Assembly (NCBI GenBank): GCA_036148435.1
Contig: JAYYHL010000007.1
Location: 52,830 to 116,829, forward strand
DNA: 64,000 nt
Reading direction: 5' to 3'
Source of the DNA: Pseudomonadota bacterium
GTDB lineage: Bacteria > Pseudomonadota > Gammaproteobacteria > Comchoanobacterales > Comchoanobacteraceae
Positions 19,509 through 31,591 of the stretch are shown here, one piece after another; the stretch's first letter is position 1; each line of letters starts with the position of its first letter. The notes under the pieces were generated by a model. The model was not told the origin of the DNA and searched no databases. It saw only the letters and a list, made by a program, of their open reading frames with translations. The position numbers and the translations under genes were made by a program.

Positions 19509-19747
19509 AATCCGTTAGCAAGACCCTCCACCGCTTCCGAAGGGGGTGCTGTGTTTGCATCCAATCCTTCTCCGTCTGTTCTAGGATTAATTTCGACCCC
19601 TTCTTCAATTAAGGCCAAACATATTTCAGTGGCTCCCATCCTAGCTGCAAGGTGTAGAAAGTAGAAACCAGGATCCATAAAGGGTGGGTTATAATTATTG
19701 TTGTGTATGATATCCAAGTGAACATTCCTTTCTGTTAACTTTAACAT
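19409..19747 (-). CDS. N-terminal ankyrin fragment, upstream frame of the same split gene
   Basis: FLHLAARMGATEICLALIEEGVEINPRTDGEG is a canonical ANK repeat. The ORF ends ..NTALHTAAMGGG just after the poly(G) tract, where the downstream ORF continues the repeat (GGGHAETCRVLI..) in another frame. Confidence 0.65.
   Translation of the reverse strand: MLKLTERNVHLDIIHNNNYNPPFMDPGFYFLHLAARMGATEICLALIEEGVEINPRTDGEGLDANTAPPSEAVEGLANGLWERIGYLGDRWHANTALHTAAMGGGMLKHAGY
19434..19442 (-). repeat. homopolymeric tract, G9 on the coding (minus) strand, at the frame break of the ankyrin gene
   Basis: The + strand reads ATG CCCCCCCCC ATCG (nine C, 19434-19442). With G10 or G7 the two ankyrin ORFs fuse in frame. 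Confidence 0.9.
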
Positions 19748-20268
19748 AAAAAAAAAGCAAACACTTATAGAAATTTCATAAGCAAAAATGCTCAGTTTTT
19801 GATCCTAGCTCCTGAGCCATGAATGACTATCCCTCCTCAATCTTGAATACCTTGCGTCTACCTGCAGAGTGATGCTTACAAACAATCATGATGCTTTTTA
19901 TGCTCGATCTGTTAGGTATCATGATAGGGAAATAGATGGCAGCCGATTTTGAAGCATCATATCCGAAATAATTCGGTCTTTTTCACGATATAATCCAAGA
20001 AGCCGAGCAATTATCCCTTGAGGCAAATTCATAAACTGTATAACAACCCAGCATAATATACACTATAAATATCCAGTAAAATTTCTTTTACAGTGAGGTA
20101 ACCCAACAGAGGTCCGTTTGTAGCATGTGATTTACTTTTTTCTATTTTGACTCAATCATAACATTTTCATTGAACAACCACTTTTCTTGAGTTGTATCAG
20201 AAATATATTGAAATTGATAAATATTAGTATAATAATACATATTATCGTTTTAGGTTTTATAGGTTTTT

Positions 20269-20844
20269 ATGCACAATACTTTTAAGGTGCTAATTTTTTT
20301 GATTTTAATTTCCATTATAGAAGCAACCGCCGGAGAGCACAATGTAGAAAATATAGAGGGCAAGTGGTGTGGTGATAGCTTGGCAATAAATACTGAGCGT
20401 AATCGGATTGGAAAGATATGCCTTGAGTTTAAAATCGACAAGAAAACTGAAAATCGGGCGGTTGGGCGTGTTGTTGGATACGTTGAAATAACCTACGATC
20501 AATCCTTTGGTTTAAAGAGGCATCCACTTGAAAAATCAAACCAGAAAAAGCAGGTTTATGAGACAGTCTCACCCGCACTTTTTTCAGTGGTTAAGCTTGA
20601 TAATGGATCATTACCCGTTAGTATAGTTAGCCTGTCGCGGGAAAACAGAACAGCTCAGTTTTTTCTTGACACTGACTCTAAAATAAAAGGAGTGGTAAGC
20701 TTTCCACCTATGAATAAAAATCTAAATATTGCTTATTCATCAACTTATATGGGATCGAAGGTTACCGATACTGTGAGTAAAGATTTTGATATTAAATATC
20801 AAAGTTTAGTGTTGCAACTGAAAGCCGTTGGCTCACCTGTTTAA
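20269..20844 (+). CDS. secreted hypothetical protein, paralogue A
   Basis: Signal-like MHNTFKVLIFLILISIIEATA. 191 aa. Gapless alignment to paralogue B. No family recognised. Confidence 0.65.
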   Translation: MHNTFKVLIFLILISIIEATAGEHNVENIEGKWCGDSLAINTERNRIGKICLEFKIDKKTENRAVGRVVGYVEITYDQSFGLKRHPLEKSNQKKQVYETVSPALFSVVKLDNGSLPVSIVSLSRENRTAQFFLDTDSKIKGVVSFPPMNKNLNIAYSSTYMGSKVTDTVSKDFDIKYQSLVLQLKAVGSPV

Positions 20845-21204
20845 CTTCTCGAAAGTGACTCTTTCATCGAGAAGAAGCTAACGTATAGCAAAAGAAATTG
20901 TCTATTTAAGCAGCCTTATTACCCACAATTTTTTACTGTTACATTAAGTACTAGCAGCTGCAATATGCTTATGAATTTTTTAGAAATATTTTCAATTAAA
21001 TATAGAAACAAGCACCGGACAGTTCTTTGTCACATGGTTGATAAAATTATACCATACAAACTCCAACATGCTTCAAATTTGACTAACTCATGCAATTTCA
21101 ATTAAATGACCTCTTTTCTTGAGTTGTGTCAAAAATATATTGAAAATAATAAACATAATTATTATTATAACATATATAATGGTCATACTTTTTCTTAGTT
21201 TTTC

Positions 21205-21780
21205 ATGCACAACACCTTTAAAGCTCTAATTTTTATATTTTTTATTGTAATTTTAGAAACACATGCTGGTGAGCAAAATATAGAAGATGTAGAAGGCAAG
21301 TGGTGCGGCAATAGCCTGGCAATAAATACTGAGCGTAACCGGACTGGAAAGAGATGCCTTGAGTTTAAAATCGATAAGAAAATTGAAAACCAGGCCGTTG
21401 GGCGTGTTATTTCATACGTTGAAATAGCACAAGATCAATCCTTTGGTGTAAAGAGGCATCCACTTGAAAAATCAAATCTGCAAAAGCAGATTTATGAGAC
21501 AGTCTCACCCGCACTTTTTTCAGTGGTTAAGCTTGATAATGGATCACTGGTATTTAGTATTCTTAGCCTATCTCGAAAAAACGGCCCTTCTCAAGTTTTT
21601 CTTGACACTGACTCTAAAATAAAAGGAGTGGTTAGCTTTCCACCTGTGAATAACAATCTAAATATTGCTTATTCCTCAGTTTACATGGGCTCGAAGGTTA
21701 TCGGTACTGTGAATAAAGATTTTGATACTAATTATCAAAGCTTAGTTTTTCAATTGAAAGCCGTTGGCTCAACTCGTTAA
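21205..21780 (+). CDS. secreted hypothetical protein, paralogue B
   Basis: MHNTFKALIFIFFIVILETHA. 191 aa. By my hand alignment, 44 differences out of 191 positions versus paralogue A, with no gaps. Confidence 0.65.
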   Translation: MHNTFKALIFIFFIVILETHAGEQNIEDVEGKWCGNSLAINTERNRTGKRCLEFKIDKKIENQAVGRVISYVEIAQDQSFGVKRHPLEKSNLQKQIYETVSPALFSVVKLDNGSLVFSILSLSRKNGPSQVFLDTDSKIKGVVSFPPVNNNLNIAYSSVYMGSKVIGTVNKDFDTNYQSLVFQLKAVGSTR

Positions 21781-22135
21781 TTTTTCGAAAGCGACTCTTT
21801 CATCTCTCGTCTATTTAGGCAGCCGTATTTCTCGCCATTTTTCTACTGCTACATTCAGTACTAGTAGAGGTAATATGATTGTGAATTTTTATAAATATTT
21901 TCTATTAACCATAGGCATAAGCACCGGATAGTTCTTTGTTATATGATTGCTAATTTTATACAAATAAAATTCCAATATGCTTCAAATTCGATAGTTACCC
22001 CAAGATATACCCAATTTCACCCATATTTTTAATTTGTCAGCAGTTTTGTCTCATTGGGTGGTGTTTTTGTAAACCTGCACTATTGCATTTTGTAATTCGG
22101 ATTGATGGCATCATCCTCGCTGTAATAGCTAGGTT

Positions 22136-22585
22136 TTAACTCAAAGATGACCGTAACATCCACAAATGCTTATCGTAAAAACGCAACCCCGTGCCCCCCA
22201 AGTCGGCAGTGGCAAAATCCTGCTCTTCCTCTGCTATCACACACAAATCATTCATGGCATCTATGGTTTTCTCATAGCCTGTGATCAAGGATTTTAAATA
22301 CTCAGACCGGGTTTGAAGACCATGATCCTCTATAGTAATATTACTCAGTTTCTCATAAACTGAAAGCCCAACAGGTACATGGTACATTTTGGTTCGCATG
22401 TGCTCGGCCAATAAATCAATTTGCTCAACCAACTCTCCCACGTGCCCATCAGTCAACTTGTGCAAGGCATAAAAATCCTCGCCGGTGTAATTCCAATGCA
22501 AGTGTTGATTCAACAACAGTAACTGATAGGTATTTGCAAGTACTAAGCTTAGCTGATTTAATAAAACATTGTTTTCATGTGACAC
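22136..22585 (-). CDS. dps: Dps family (ferritin-like) DNA-protection protein
   Basis: LHWNYTGEDFYALHKLTDGHVGELVEQIDLLAEHM matches the Dps ferroxidase-site helix pair (H..W....F..H......E....D..AE). 149 aa. Confidence 0.8.
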   Translation of the reverse strand: MSHENNVLLNQLSLVLANTYQLLLLNQHLHWNYTGEDFYALHKLTDGHVGELVEQIDLLAEHMRTKMYHVPVGLSVYEKLSNITIEDHGLQTRSEYLKSLITGYEKTIDAMNDLCVIAEEEQDFATADLGGTGLRFYDKHLWMLRSSLS

Positions 22586-22725
22586 GATACTTCCCGCTTT
22601 TTAGATCATAACTATTAATAGCACACAGACCCAATACTTGCTGTTACTTTTTTTTTTGTATCATTTGTGATAAAATATAATTGTTAAAATTGCGGTGTAA
22701 CTGTACCCTAAACAGACTTACCTGA

Positions 22726-25143
<2,418 letters not shown>

Positions 25144-25185
25144 CCCCTAGATACGTACAACCTCACGCATAAACAGGACGCCTCA

Positions 25186-25965
25186 ATGGAGCCCAAACTT
25201 TTAGTCACTTTATCGCCTGCAAAAAAAATGCATGAGCCAGGCTTAGAAGTCTTTAATCGGCAGCAGCTCACTCAACCAGCATTTGCTAAAGAGTCTCAGG
25301 AACTTGCATCATTGATGCAAACGCTCACTCTGGATGGGTTTATGGCAACCATGGGCGTAAGTCAAAAAATCGCAACCATGAATATGGCGCGCTATCAAAA
25401 CTTTGGGCAACAAGCACCTAAACATGCGGCCATTGAGCTTTTTGCAGGTGACGTCTACAGGTCGCTATCTGCAGGAACGCTCAAACATCCCTCTTTGAAC
25501 CGTTTAGCAGACCAGGTCTTTATTATATCTGGGCTATATGGCCTTTTACGAACCACCGACATGATACACCCCTATCGACTGGAAATGGGATCTAAACTCA
25601 AGCAACACTGGTCCTTTGACTTGTACCAGTTTTGGTCTGATCGCCTTACACACTACCTAAATCGGCAAATTGAACAACATCACTTCACTGAGCACATCAA
25701 CCTCGCCTCCTCTGAATACGCCAAAGCCTATAAAACCGATGCACTGTCCATCCCAAGCATCAACGTAGACTTCAAAAAACCTGACTCATCAGGCCAATTT
25801 AAAACGATTGGTATTGTTGCTAAACGTGCCAGAGGTGACATGGCAAGGTTTATTGTTGAGGAGGCTATTACAAACTCAAACGCACTTAAATCCTATCGAG
25901 GACTTGGCTTTAGTTTTAATTACAACCTATCAAATAAAAACCTTTTGGTTTTTACTTGCCCCTAG
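25186..25965 (+). CDS. yaaA: peroxide stress protein YaaA (UPF0246/DUF328)
   Basis: LVTLSPAKKM N-terminus and SGLYGLLRTTDMIHPYRLEM core are typical of YaaA. 259 aa. Confidence 0.8.
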   Translation: MEPKLLVTLSPAKKMHEPGLEVFNRQQLTQPAFAKESQELASLMQTLTLDGFMATMGVSQKIATMNMARYQNFGQQAPKHAAIELFAGDVYRSLSAGTLKHPSLNRLADQVFIISGLYGLLRTTDMIHPYRLEMGSKLKQHWSFDLYQFWSDRLTHYLNRQIEQHHFTEHINLASSEYAKAYKTDALSIPSINVDFKKPDSSGQFKTIGIVAKRARGDMARFIVEEAITNSNALKSYRGLGFSFNYNLSNKNLLVFTCP

Positions 25966-26074
25966 CAGCTCATCAACCTCAATTAAGTGGCTTAATTGTG
26001 ATTGACAGCTGCTTATGTACTTTTTACAATAGTTTTTGAAAGACCTTTATTTGAATAAAACTAGCCGAACGACT

Positions 26075-26090
26075 GGTTTCACGTGGAACA
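26075..26090. promoter_or_regulatory. parS site 3
   Basis: The reverse strand reads TGTTCCACGTGAAACC, 15/16 to TGTTCCACGTGAAACA. Intergenic, 62 nt upstream of the priA ATG. Confidence 0.75.
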
Positions 26091-26151
26091 ATCGATTCCG
26101 GCTTCAGAGCGCTAAAGCCCCGTCCCTACCTATGAATACCAAGTCCTATCT

Positions 26152-28332
26152 ATGACCAATATATCCCTCCAGAGTCAAGAATGGCTTGTGACCGTCGTTA
26201 TTCAGGGCGTAAAGCTACCTCTTAGCTATAAGCACTTTGCTGAAGCCCCTCTCACGCATGGCGCAAAAGTGCTTGTTGATTATCGAAATCGAGAAAAAAT
26301 TGGTTTTGTCATTCATGTTAAGCCTTATCTCGAACACCAGCAAACTTATACTGTTAAACCCACCATCAAAACGATTTCAAAGTCGGGTCCTCACACTCCA
26401 TCATGTTTTACTTTACACCGTAAAATTATGCATACGTATTGTGCATCGGATGCTGAAACATGGCACCTGATGCTCCCCTCTATGTTTTGGCAAGACTTTT
26501 ACCCCTATCAATGCACCTATTATTATGTTACCATTTCGGAAGATATACATTTATATGGGAAGCAACTTAGACCAATAGCACGAAAGCTGATTGGTCTTGA
26601 TCGGGCATCCCAAGATCAACTTCTAGAACTAAAAATAACACTTAAACAACAGCAAAAACTCCAAGAACAGGGCATACTCACACAGGCCCCGTCCCCGAGC
26701 CTTAACAATCTAGTACGGGATTTAGTAAAAAACATCGTTCTCAGCAAGTCCCAGCAAGATGTGTTTGATCACGTTATATCCAATTTTAACCAAAATAAGA
26801 CACAATACATACATGGTGTTACCGGATCGGGAAAAACCTTTTTATATCTTGCTCTTGCAAGGCATATTATCCAAAAAGGCAAACAGGTCATGATACTTGT
26901 GCCAGAAATAAGCATAACCCCTCAACTAATGCATCAGGTTGAGCAATACTTCCCTCCTGAAGCAACCACCTGTCTTCATAGCGGCCTTAGCGATAAACAA
27001 CGTTATTATGCATGGCTACGTTGCTGCAAAAGCGAAATTTCGCTGCTCATCGGCACACGCTCCTGTTTATTCACCCCAATGCCAAACCTTGGGCTTATCA
27101 TCATTGATGAAGAACACGACAGCTCCTATAAACAACAAAGTGGCATTCGCTATCATGCTCGAACTGTTGCGTTTCTTAGATGTCGGATTAACTCAACACC
27201 GCTGATCATGGGTTCAGCCACACCCAGCCTTGCATCATACCACCACATTATGTTGCAAAGAATTATATACCACCCTTTGACGAGCCGGTATGGTAACGCA
27301 CCGCTTCCTAAAATCGTCCTCGAAAATACGACCCAGCAAAGAACTGAGGCGGGTATAGCGCAGAACGTCTGGGTACAGATCCAACAACATCTTAATGCCG
27401 ATCAAAAAGTACTTGTTTTTATTAACAGAAGAGGCTACTCACCTATTGTTTGGTGCACATCCTGTGATAAAGCCCAACTATGCAAACACTGTGACAAGCC
27501 CTATACCTATCATCAAAAAGACCATATATGCATATGCCACCGTTGTTTTGTAAAACAAAAAGTTCCGGAGCGCTGTGCTTATTGTAACCGTGAAAGCACC
27601 ATTCCTTTAGGACATGGTACAGAAAAAATCACATCACTCATACAAAAAAAAATCCCCACATCTTCTGTTATACGCGTTGACAAAGACACCTGCGGCACTT
27701 TTAATCAGCTCTCAGAAACCTTAGAAACTATCCATAAGCACACCGCCGCCGTCATTGTGAGCACACAACTCATGATTAAAAGCCATCATATAAAAGGACT
27801 CTCACTCGTTGTTTTTATAGATGCGGATAAGGCACTTCATAGCCGTGACTTTAAAGCAAAAGAGCACTTATTACAGGAAGCCTACCAACTTGCAGGCAGG
27901 GCGGGTAGAGAGGGCGACCATCCTGCTGAAATGATCATACAAACCACGCTGCCACACCATACTATCTGGCCCATCATTATAAACCAAGACTACCTAGGGG
28001 CTGCAAAAACATTGTTGTGTGATCGCGAACAAGCTCAACTACCACCGTTTTCACATCAAGCTGTTTTTAACTTCCAGCACAAAAATGACACCACTGCTCT
28101 GAATTTTGTCAATAATTTATATCAAAACCTCCCCAGAAACGTCTCCACAGACTGCCTCCCCCCATTTAAGAGCTTTACAGGAAAGCTGAGTGGTTATTAT
28201 CGATATAGCCTACTCGTTCAAACAACTGACAGATATCACCTTATCCAACAACTTAGAACCATTCTATCCTATATGACCAAGTTAACGAGGGGCATACGTT
28301 GGCACCTTGACTTAGACCCCCTTGAGCTTTAA
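26152..28332 (+). CDS. priA: primosomal protein N' (PriA helicase)
   Basis: Walker A GVTGSGKTFLYL, DEEHD box, and the Cys-rich zinc region CTSCDKAQLCKHCDKPYTYHQKDHICICHRCFVKQKVPERCAYCN. Confidence 0.93.
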   Translation: MTNISLQSQEWLVTVVIQGVKLPLSYKHFAEAPLTHGAKVLVDYRNREKIGFVIHVKPYLEHQQTYTVKPTIKTISKSGPHTPSCFTLHRKIMHTYCASDAETWHLMLPSMFWQDFYPYQCTYYYVTISEDIHLYGKQLRPIARKLIGLDRASQDQLLELKITLKQQQKLQEQGILTQAPSPSLNNLVRDLVKNIVLSKSQQDVFDHVISNFNQNKTQYIHGVTGSGKTFLYLALARHIIQKGKQVMILVPEISITPQLMHQVEQYFPPEATTCLHSGLSDKQRYYAWLRCCKSEISLLIGTRSCLFTPMPNLGLIIIDEEHDSSYKQQSGIRYHARTVAFLRCRINSTPLIMGSATPSLASYHHIMLQRIIYHPLTSRYGNAPLPKIVLENTTQQRTEAGIAQNVWVQIQQHLNADQKVLVFINRRGYSPIVWCTSCDKAQLCKHCDKPYTYHQKDHICICHRCFVKQKVPERCAYCNRESTIPLGHGTEKITSLIQKKIPTSSVIRVDKDTCGTFNQLSETLETIHKHTAAVIVSTQLMIKSHHIKGLSLVVFIDADKALHSRDFKAKEHLLQEAYQLAGRAGREGDHPAEMIIQTTLPHHTIWPIIINQDYLGAAKTLLCDREQAQLPPFSHQAVFNFQHKNDTTALNFVNNLYQNLPRNVSTDCLPPFKSFTGKLSGYYRYSLLVQTTDRYHLIQQLRTILSYMTKLTRGIRWHLDLDPLEL

Positions 28333-28375
28333 GTTTTGATTTGACCTTCCCAAACAAAACTTTTATGATGCAACT

Positions 28376-29725
28376 ATGTTTGCCTTGATTAACCTTATCC
28401 CGTGTGCGTACAGTACCAAATCTTATATTGCTAACAATAAGCTTAAAGAGATTATAAACTTCATTGTTCTAAGGTCTCAGCAAGAAGACGCTTTGAATGC
28501 TCCCATTAGCCATAGTGCATGCATTAAGGATATTCTGAGCAAGTTTTGCATCCCCCTCAATGGCATTCCGCTGAGTCATATTTATCATTACGAGAATCAT
28601 GATGATGGTACCATCTGGTGCTCTTATACATGCCTTACAGCATTTGAGTCCAATGTTTCCAATGCGAATGTTGTATTTCTTTGCGCACAGTCTCAGACTC
28701 TAAAAACCATATACTTTGAAGAACAAGCAAATTTAATTGAAGACATTATACAGCAAAAACTGTTAAACACTCGAACTCTTGTGACAAAAAACATCTACCA
28801 ACAAGTGGACGAGTTACGATCATCAGTAAAAAACTATCGTGAACAACAAGCACCTAATACACCATTAAATCAACACTCATTGAAAAAGCTATCGAATATA
28901 ATCCCTCTTTCTAACGTCACCTGCCGCATAAGAAAGTGTGACCTGTCCATTGTTGACCTTGTCATAACCAGCCCATTTTACACCCATAGGACGAACTTTG
29001 TAACACCACCATGGAGTCGAATTGTTCCTAGCATACTACATATGAGTAATGCAGACTCCCTGTACCAGCACTTGGGCTATAGTAAGCAGCACAAAAAAAG
29101 CATCAGTAAACAGGTTACTATACTTCTTTATACACCTCACCATGAGAAAAGATCTAAACCGGTCTCGAATTTTTGGCAATCGGTTTCATTGCGCTCAAAC
29201 CATTTCATTTGGAATCACGAGGCGGTCAGAAATGAGCTAGCACTTGGTTTGCTCATCATGATTAGCACTGTTAGCTTTTTTAGTGCGGGATTTCCTTATC
29301 TGGTTAATGAGGAGCAAATGGCTTTACGCATTATGGCGCAAAGCCTTCTTGTGGCTGCATCTATGCTTGTTCCGTACCTGGGAAACCAATGGAAATCATG
29401 GATAGAAAAAAAACAAGCCTTCTTCCCTGAGCTTGGCCCCGAACACCAGGCCTACGTTAAACGCTCAAAAAGTCAAAGTGTTTGGTCAGGTTGGTCCATA
29501 CCTACCTCTTCGAAAAATGACGTTACCAAAGTACCTCATGATACCGCCAATGGCACCTCAAGCAGGGAAGGCTCTGAAAAATCAAGCAATTCACCTGAAT
29601 CTCTTAGGTCTTTTTCTTTTTTTTCTGGTTCCCAACGTCACCCCAATGCTGCAACGAATGCCTCAAAAGAGTGTACTATTTTGTTTGACCCTGAGCTTGG
29701 ACAATATGAGCTTCAGGTCTATTAG
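28376..29725 (+). CDS. hypothetical protein with a central two-helix hydrophobic hairpin and Ser-rich C-terminus
   Basis: 449-aa ORF. LALGLLIMISTVSFFSAGFPYLV - NEEQMA - LRIMAQSLLVAASMLVPYLG forms a bilobed hydrophobic unit. The tail is rich in S/T/N. No family recognised. Confidence 0.55.
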   Translation: MFALINLIPCAYSTKSYIANNKLKEIINFIVLRSQQEDALNAPISHSACIKDILSKFCIPLNGIPLSHIYHYENHDDGTIWCSYTCLTAFESNVSNANVVFLCAQSQTLKTIYFEEQANLIEDIIQQKLLNTRTLVTKNIYQQVDELRSSVKNYREQQAPNTPLNQHSLKKLSNIIPLSNVTCRIRKCDLSIVDLVITSPFYTHRTNFVTPPWSRIVPSILHMSNADSLYQHLGYSKQHKKSISKQVTILLYTPHHEKRSKPVSNFWQSVSLRSNHFIWNHEAVRNELALGLLIMISTVSFFSAGFPYLVNEEQMALRIMAQSLLVAASMLVPYLGNQWKSWIEKKQAFFPELGPEHQAYVKRSKSQSVWSGWSIPTSSKNDVTKVPHDTANGTSSREGSEKSSNSPESLRSFSFFSGSQRHPNAATNASKECTILFDPELGQYELQVY

Positions 29726-29876
29726 CATGCTTTTCTAACCATACTCTTTACGTGTGTAGCGTCACTTATGATTAAACCTTTCTTTAAGTATTTTTTATTT
29801 TATTATTAATACGTCTTCATGGAGCGCTTATGCTTTGGTTAGCTTAATCACACTCAAGCACTCAACTACGGCTAGA

Positions 29877-31136
29877 CTAATCAGACTTCATGGTTTCAAA
29901 GAATTCAGAGTTTTTGGCTGTTTTTTTGAGCCTATTGATTAAAAACTCCATTGCGGCAACTTCATCCATGGTTTGAAGATACTTTCTTAAAATCCAATGT
30001 TTATTAATCTCGTCCTTTGGTACAATAAGATCATCTCGACGGGTGCTTGAGGCGTCTACTTGTATGGCTGGATAGATTCTTTTTTGTGCTAACTGACGAC
30101 TTAATTGAATTTCGTTATTGCCGGTTCCTTTAAACTCTTCGTAAATAAACTCGTCCATCTTGGATCCAGTGTCAATAAGTGCAGTTGCAATGATAGTAAG
30201 GCTTCCTCCTTCCATTATATTTCTCGCTGCGCCGTATAGTCTCTTGGGTCTTTGCAGTGCCTGTGAATCTACACCACCAGTCAAAACTTTACCGGAAGAG
30301 GGCGTGATGGTGTTATAAGCACGGGCTAGCCTGGTTATTGAGTCCATCAAAATAACAACATCTTGCTTATTCTCAACAAGTCTTTTTGCCTTTGATATTA
30401 CCATCTCAGCGACTTGAACATGACGAGCGTGTGACTCATCGAAGGTGCTGGATATCACTTCGCCTCTTACCATGCGTTTCATCTCTGTAACTTCCTCTGG
30501 CCGCTCATCTATCATTAAGACAATTAACTTACATTCTGGATGATTGGAGGTAATAGCATGAGCAATGGTCTGGAGCATCATGGTTTTTCCTGTCTTAGGG
30601 GGCGCTACAATAAGTGAACGTTGCCCTTTACCAATGGGCGCTACCATATCGATGATTCTAGAGGTGATATCTTGGGTCGTTTTGTTACCTATTTCGAGAC
30701 GAAGCCACTCGTTAGGAAACTCTGCAGTTAAGTCTCTAAACAGCTGTTTGGGCCTGGACAAAGGTTTGTTTCCATTAATGAGCTTTGGCTCAACAAGGGC
30801 AAGGTAACGCTCCCCTTTGTCTGGCAACCTCACGACTCCTTCGATAGTATCGCCTGTTCTTAGGCGATATTTTCTTATCTGGTTTGGCGAAACATAAACG
30901 TCGTCAGGCCCAGCCATATAGGAAGTGATAGGAGACCTCATGAACCCATAACTATTATCTTGCATGGTTTCAAGCACGCCTTCGCAGACCAGAGGTTTTC
31001 CCTCTTTTGCAGACATCTTGAGTATTTGCTGAATGATTTCTTGCTTGTTTCCTGTTGATTCAAGCCCCATATCTAGGCTTGCTTTTTTTAGCTCCTCAAA
31101 GCCTACGCTTCTAAGCTCATTAATTAAAATAGACAT
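29877..31136 (-). CDS. rho: transcription termination factor Rho
   Basis: N-terminal [18 protein letters not shown].., RNA-binding [22 protein letters not shown], Walker [13 protein letters not shown], and [11 protein letters not shown]. Confidence 0.97.
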   Translation of the reverse strand: MSILINELRSVGFEELKKASLDMGLESTGNKQEIIQQILKMSAKEGKPLVCEGVLETMQDNSYGFMRSPITSYMAGPDDVYVSPNQIRKYRLRTGDTIEGVVRLPDKGERYLALVEPKLINGNKPLSRPKQLFRDLTAEFPNEWLRLEIGNKTTQDITSRIIDMVAPIGKGQRSLIVAPPKTGKTMMLQTIAHAITSNHPECKLIVLMIDERPEEVTEMKRMVRGEVISSTFDESHARHVQVAEMVISKAKRLVENKQDVVILMDSITRLARAYNTITPSSGKVLTGGVDSQALQRPKRLYGAARNIMEGGSLTIIATALIDTGSKMDEFIYEEFKGTGNNEIQLSRQLAQKRIYPAIQVDASSTRRDDLIVPKDEINKHWILRKYLQTMDEVAAMEFLINRLKKTAKNSEFFETMKSD

Positions 31137-31157
31137 TTCTTTCCTTGATCAAAAAAA

Positions 31158-31487
31158 TTAGCCGATGGCTTCCGACACAAATCGTTCTATACGATCTTTT
31201 TCGACGTTGCCAACAATGACCCCTGACTGCTCACCGTTGACCAACATTAAGAGCGTTGGGATTCCCCTTACGTTGTATCGACTGGCAAGTGTAGGGACTT
31301 CATCAACATTAACCTTACAAAGCACTAACTGCTTATGCTCTGTCTGTGACACGTATTCTTTAAGTACAGGATCCAAATGCTTACAAGGTCCACACCAGGG
31401 CGCCCAAAAGTCCACTAAAACCTGTGGGTTACTTTGGACAAGATTGTCAAAATCTGCCTCACTGGAGACGTTGTGTATACGAGTCAT
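31158..31487 (-). CDS. trxA: thioredoxin
   Basis: WAPWCGPCK active site. 109 aa. Located immediately upstream of rho, as in E. coli. Confidence 0.95.
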   Translation of the reverse strand: MTRIHNVSSEADFDNLVQSNPQVLVDFWAPWCGPCKHLDPVLKEYVSQTEHKQLVLCKVNVDEVPTLASRYNVRGIPTLLMLVNGEQSGVIVGNVEKDRIERFVSEAIG

Positions 31488-31591
31488 GATTAGTTTCCCT
31501 CTTTCTAACAGGGTGAATACGATTTATATTCTTTATATTAGCACATAAGCATCGTTCGCACAACCTGCTCGTCTATTAAAACAGCTGATTC

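Larger units (their letters stand above)
20140..21995 (+). repeat. tandem duplication, two units of about 936 bp, each carrying one 191-aa ORF plus conserved flanks
   Basis: ORF starts are exactly 936 nt apart (20269, 21205). Upstream (..CTTTTCTTGAGTTGT[A/G]TCA[G/A]AAATATATTGAAA..) and downstream (..AAGCACCGGA[C/T]AGTTCTTTGT.., ..ATGCTTCAAATT..) non-coding stretches are also repeated. Boundaries are approximate. Confidence 0.85.

Noticed and set aside
19305-19664. Plus-strand ORFs antisense to the ankyrin gene (19305-19664, 19046-19282, 18864-19085). The same applies to similar antisense ORFs inside gyrB (23733-24164), ftsY (36127-36522), atpF (57499-57843) and mnmG (43026-43391).
   Set aside because: All lie wholly within strongly supported genes on the opposite strand. 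They have no motifs. These are typical shadow ORFs.
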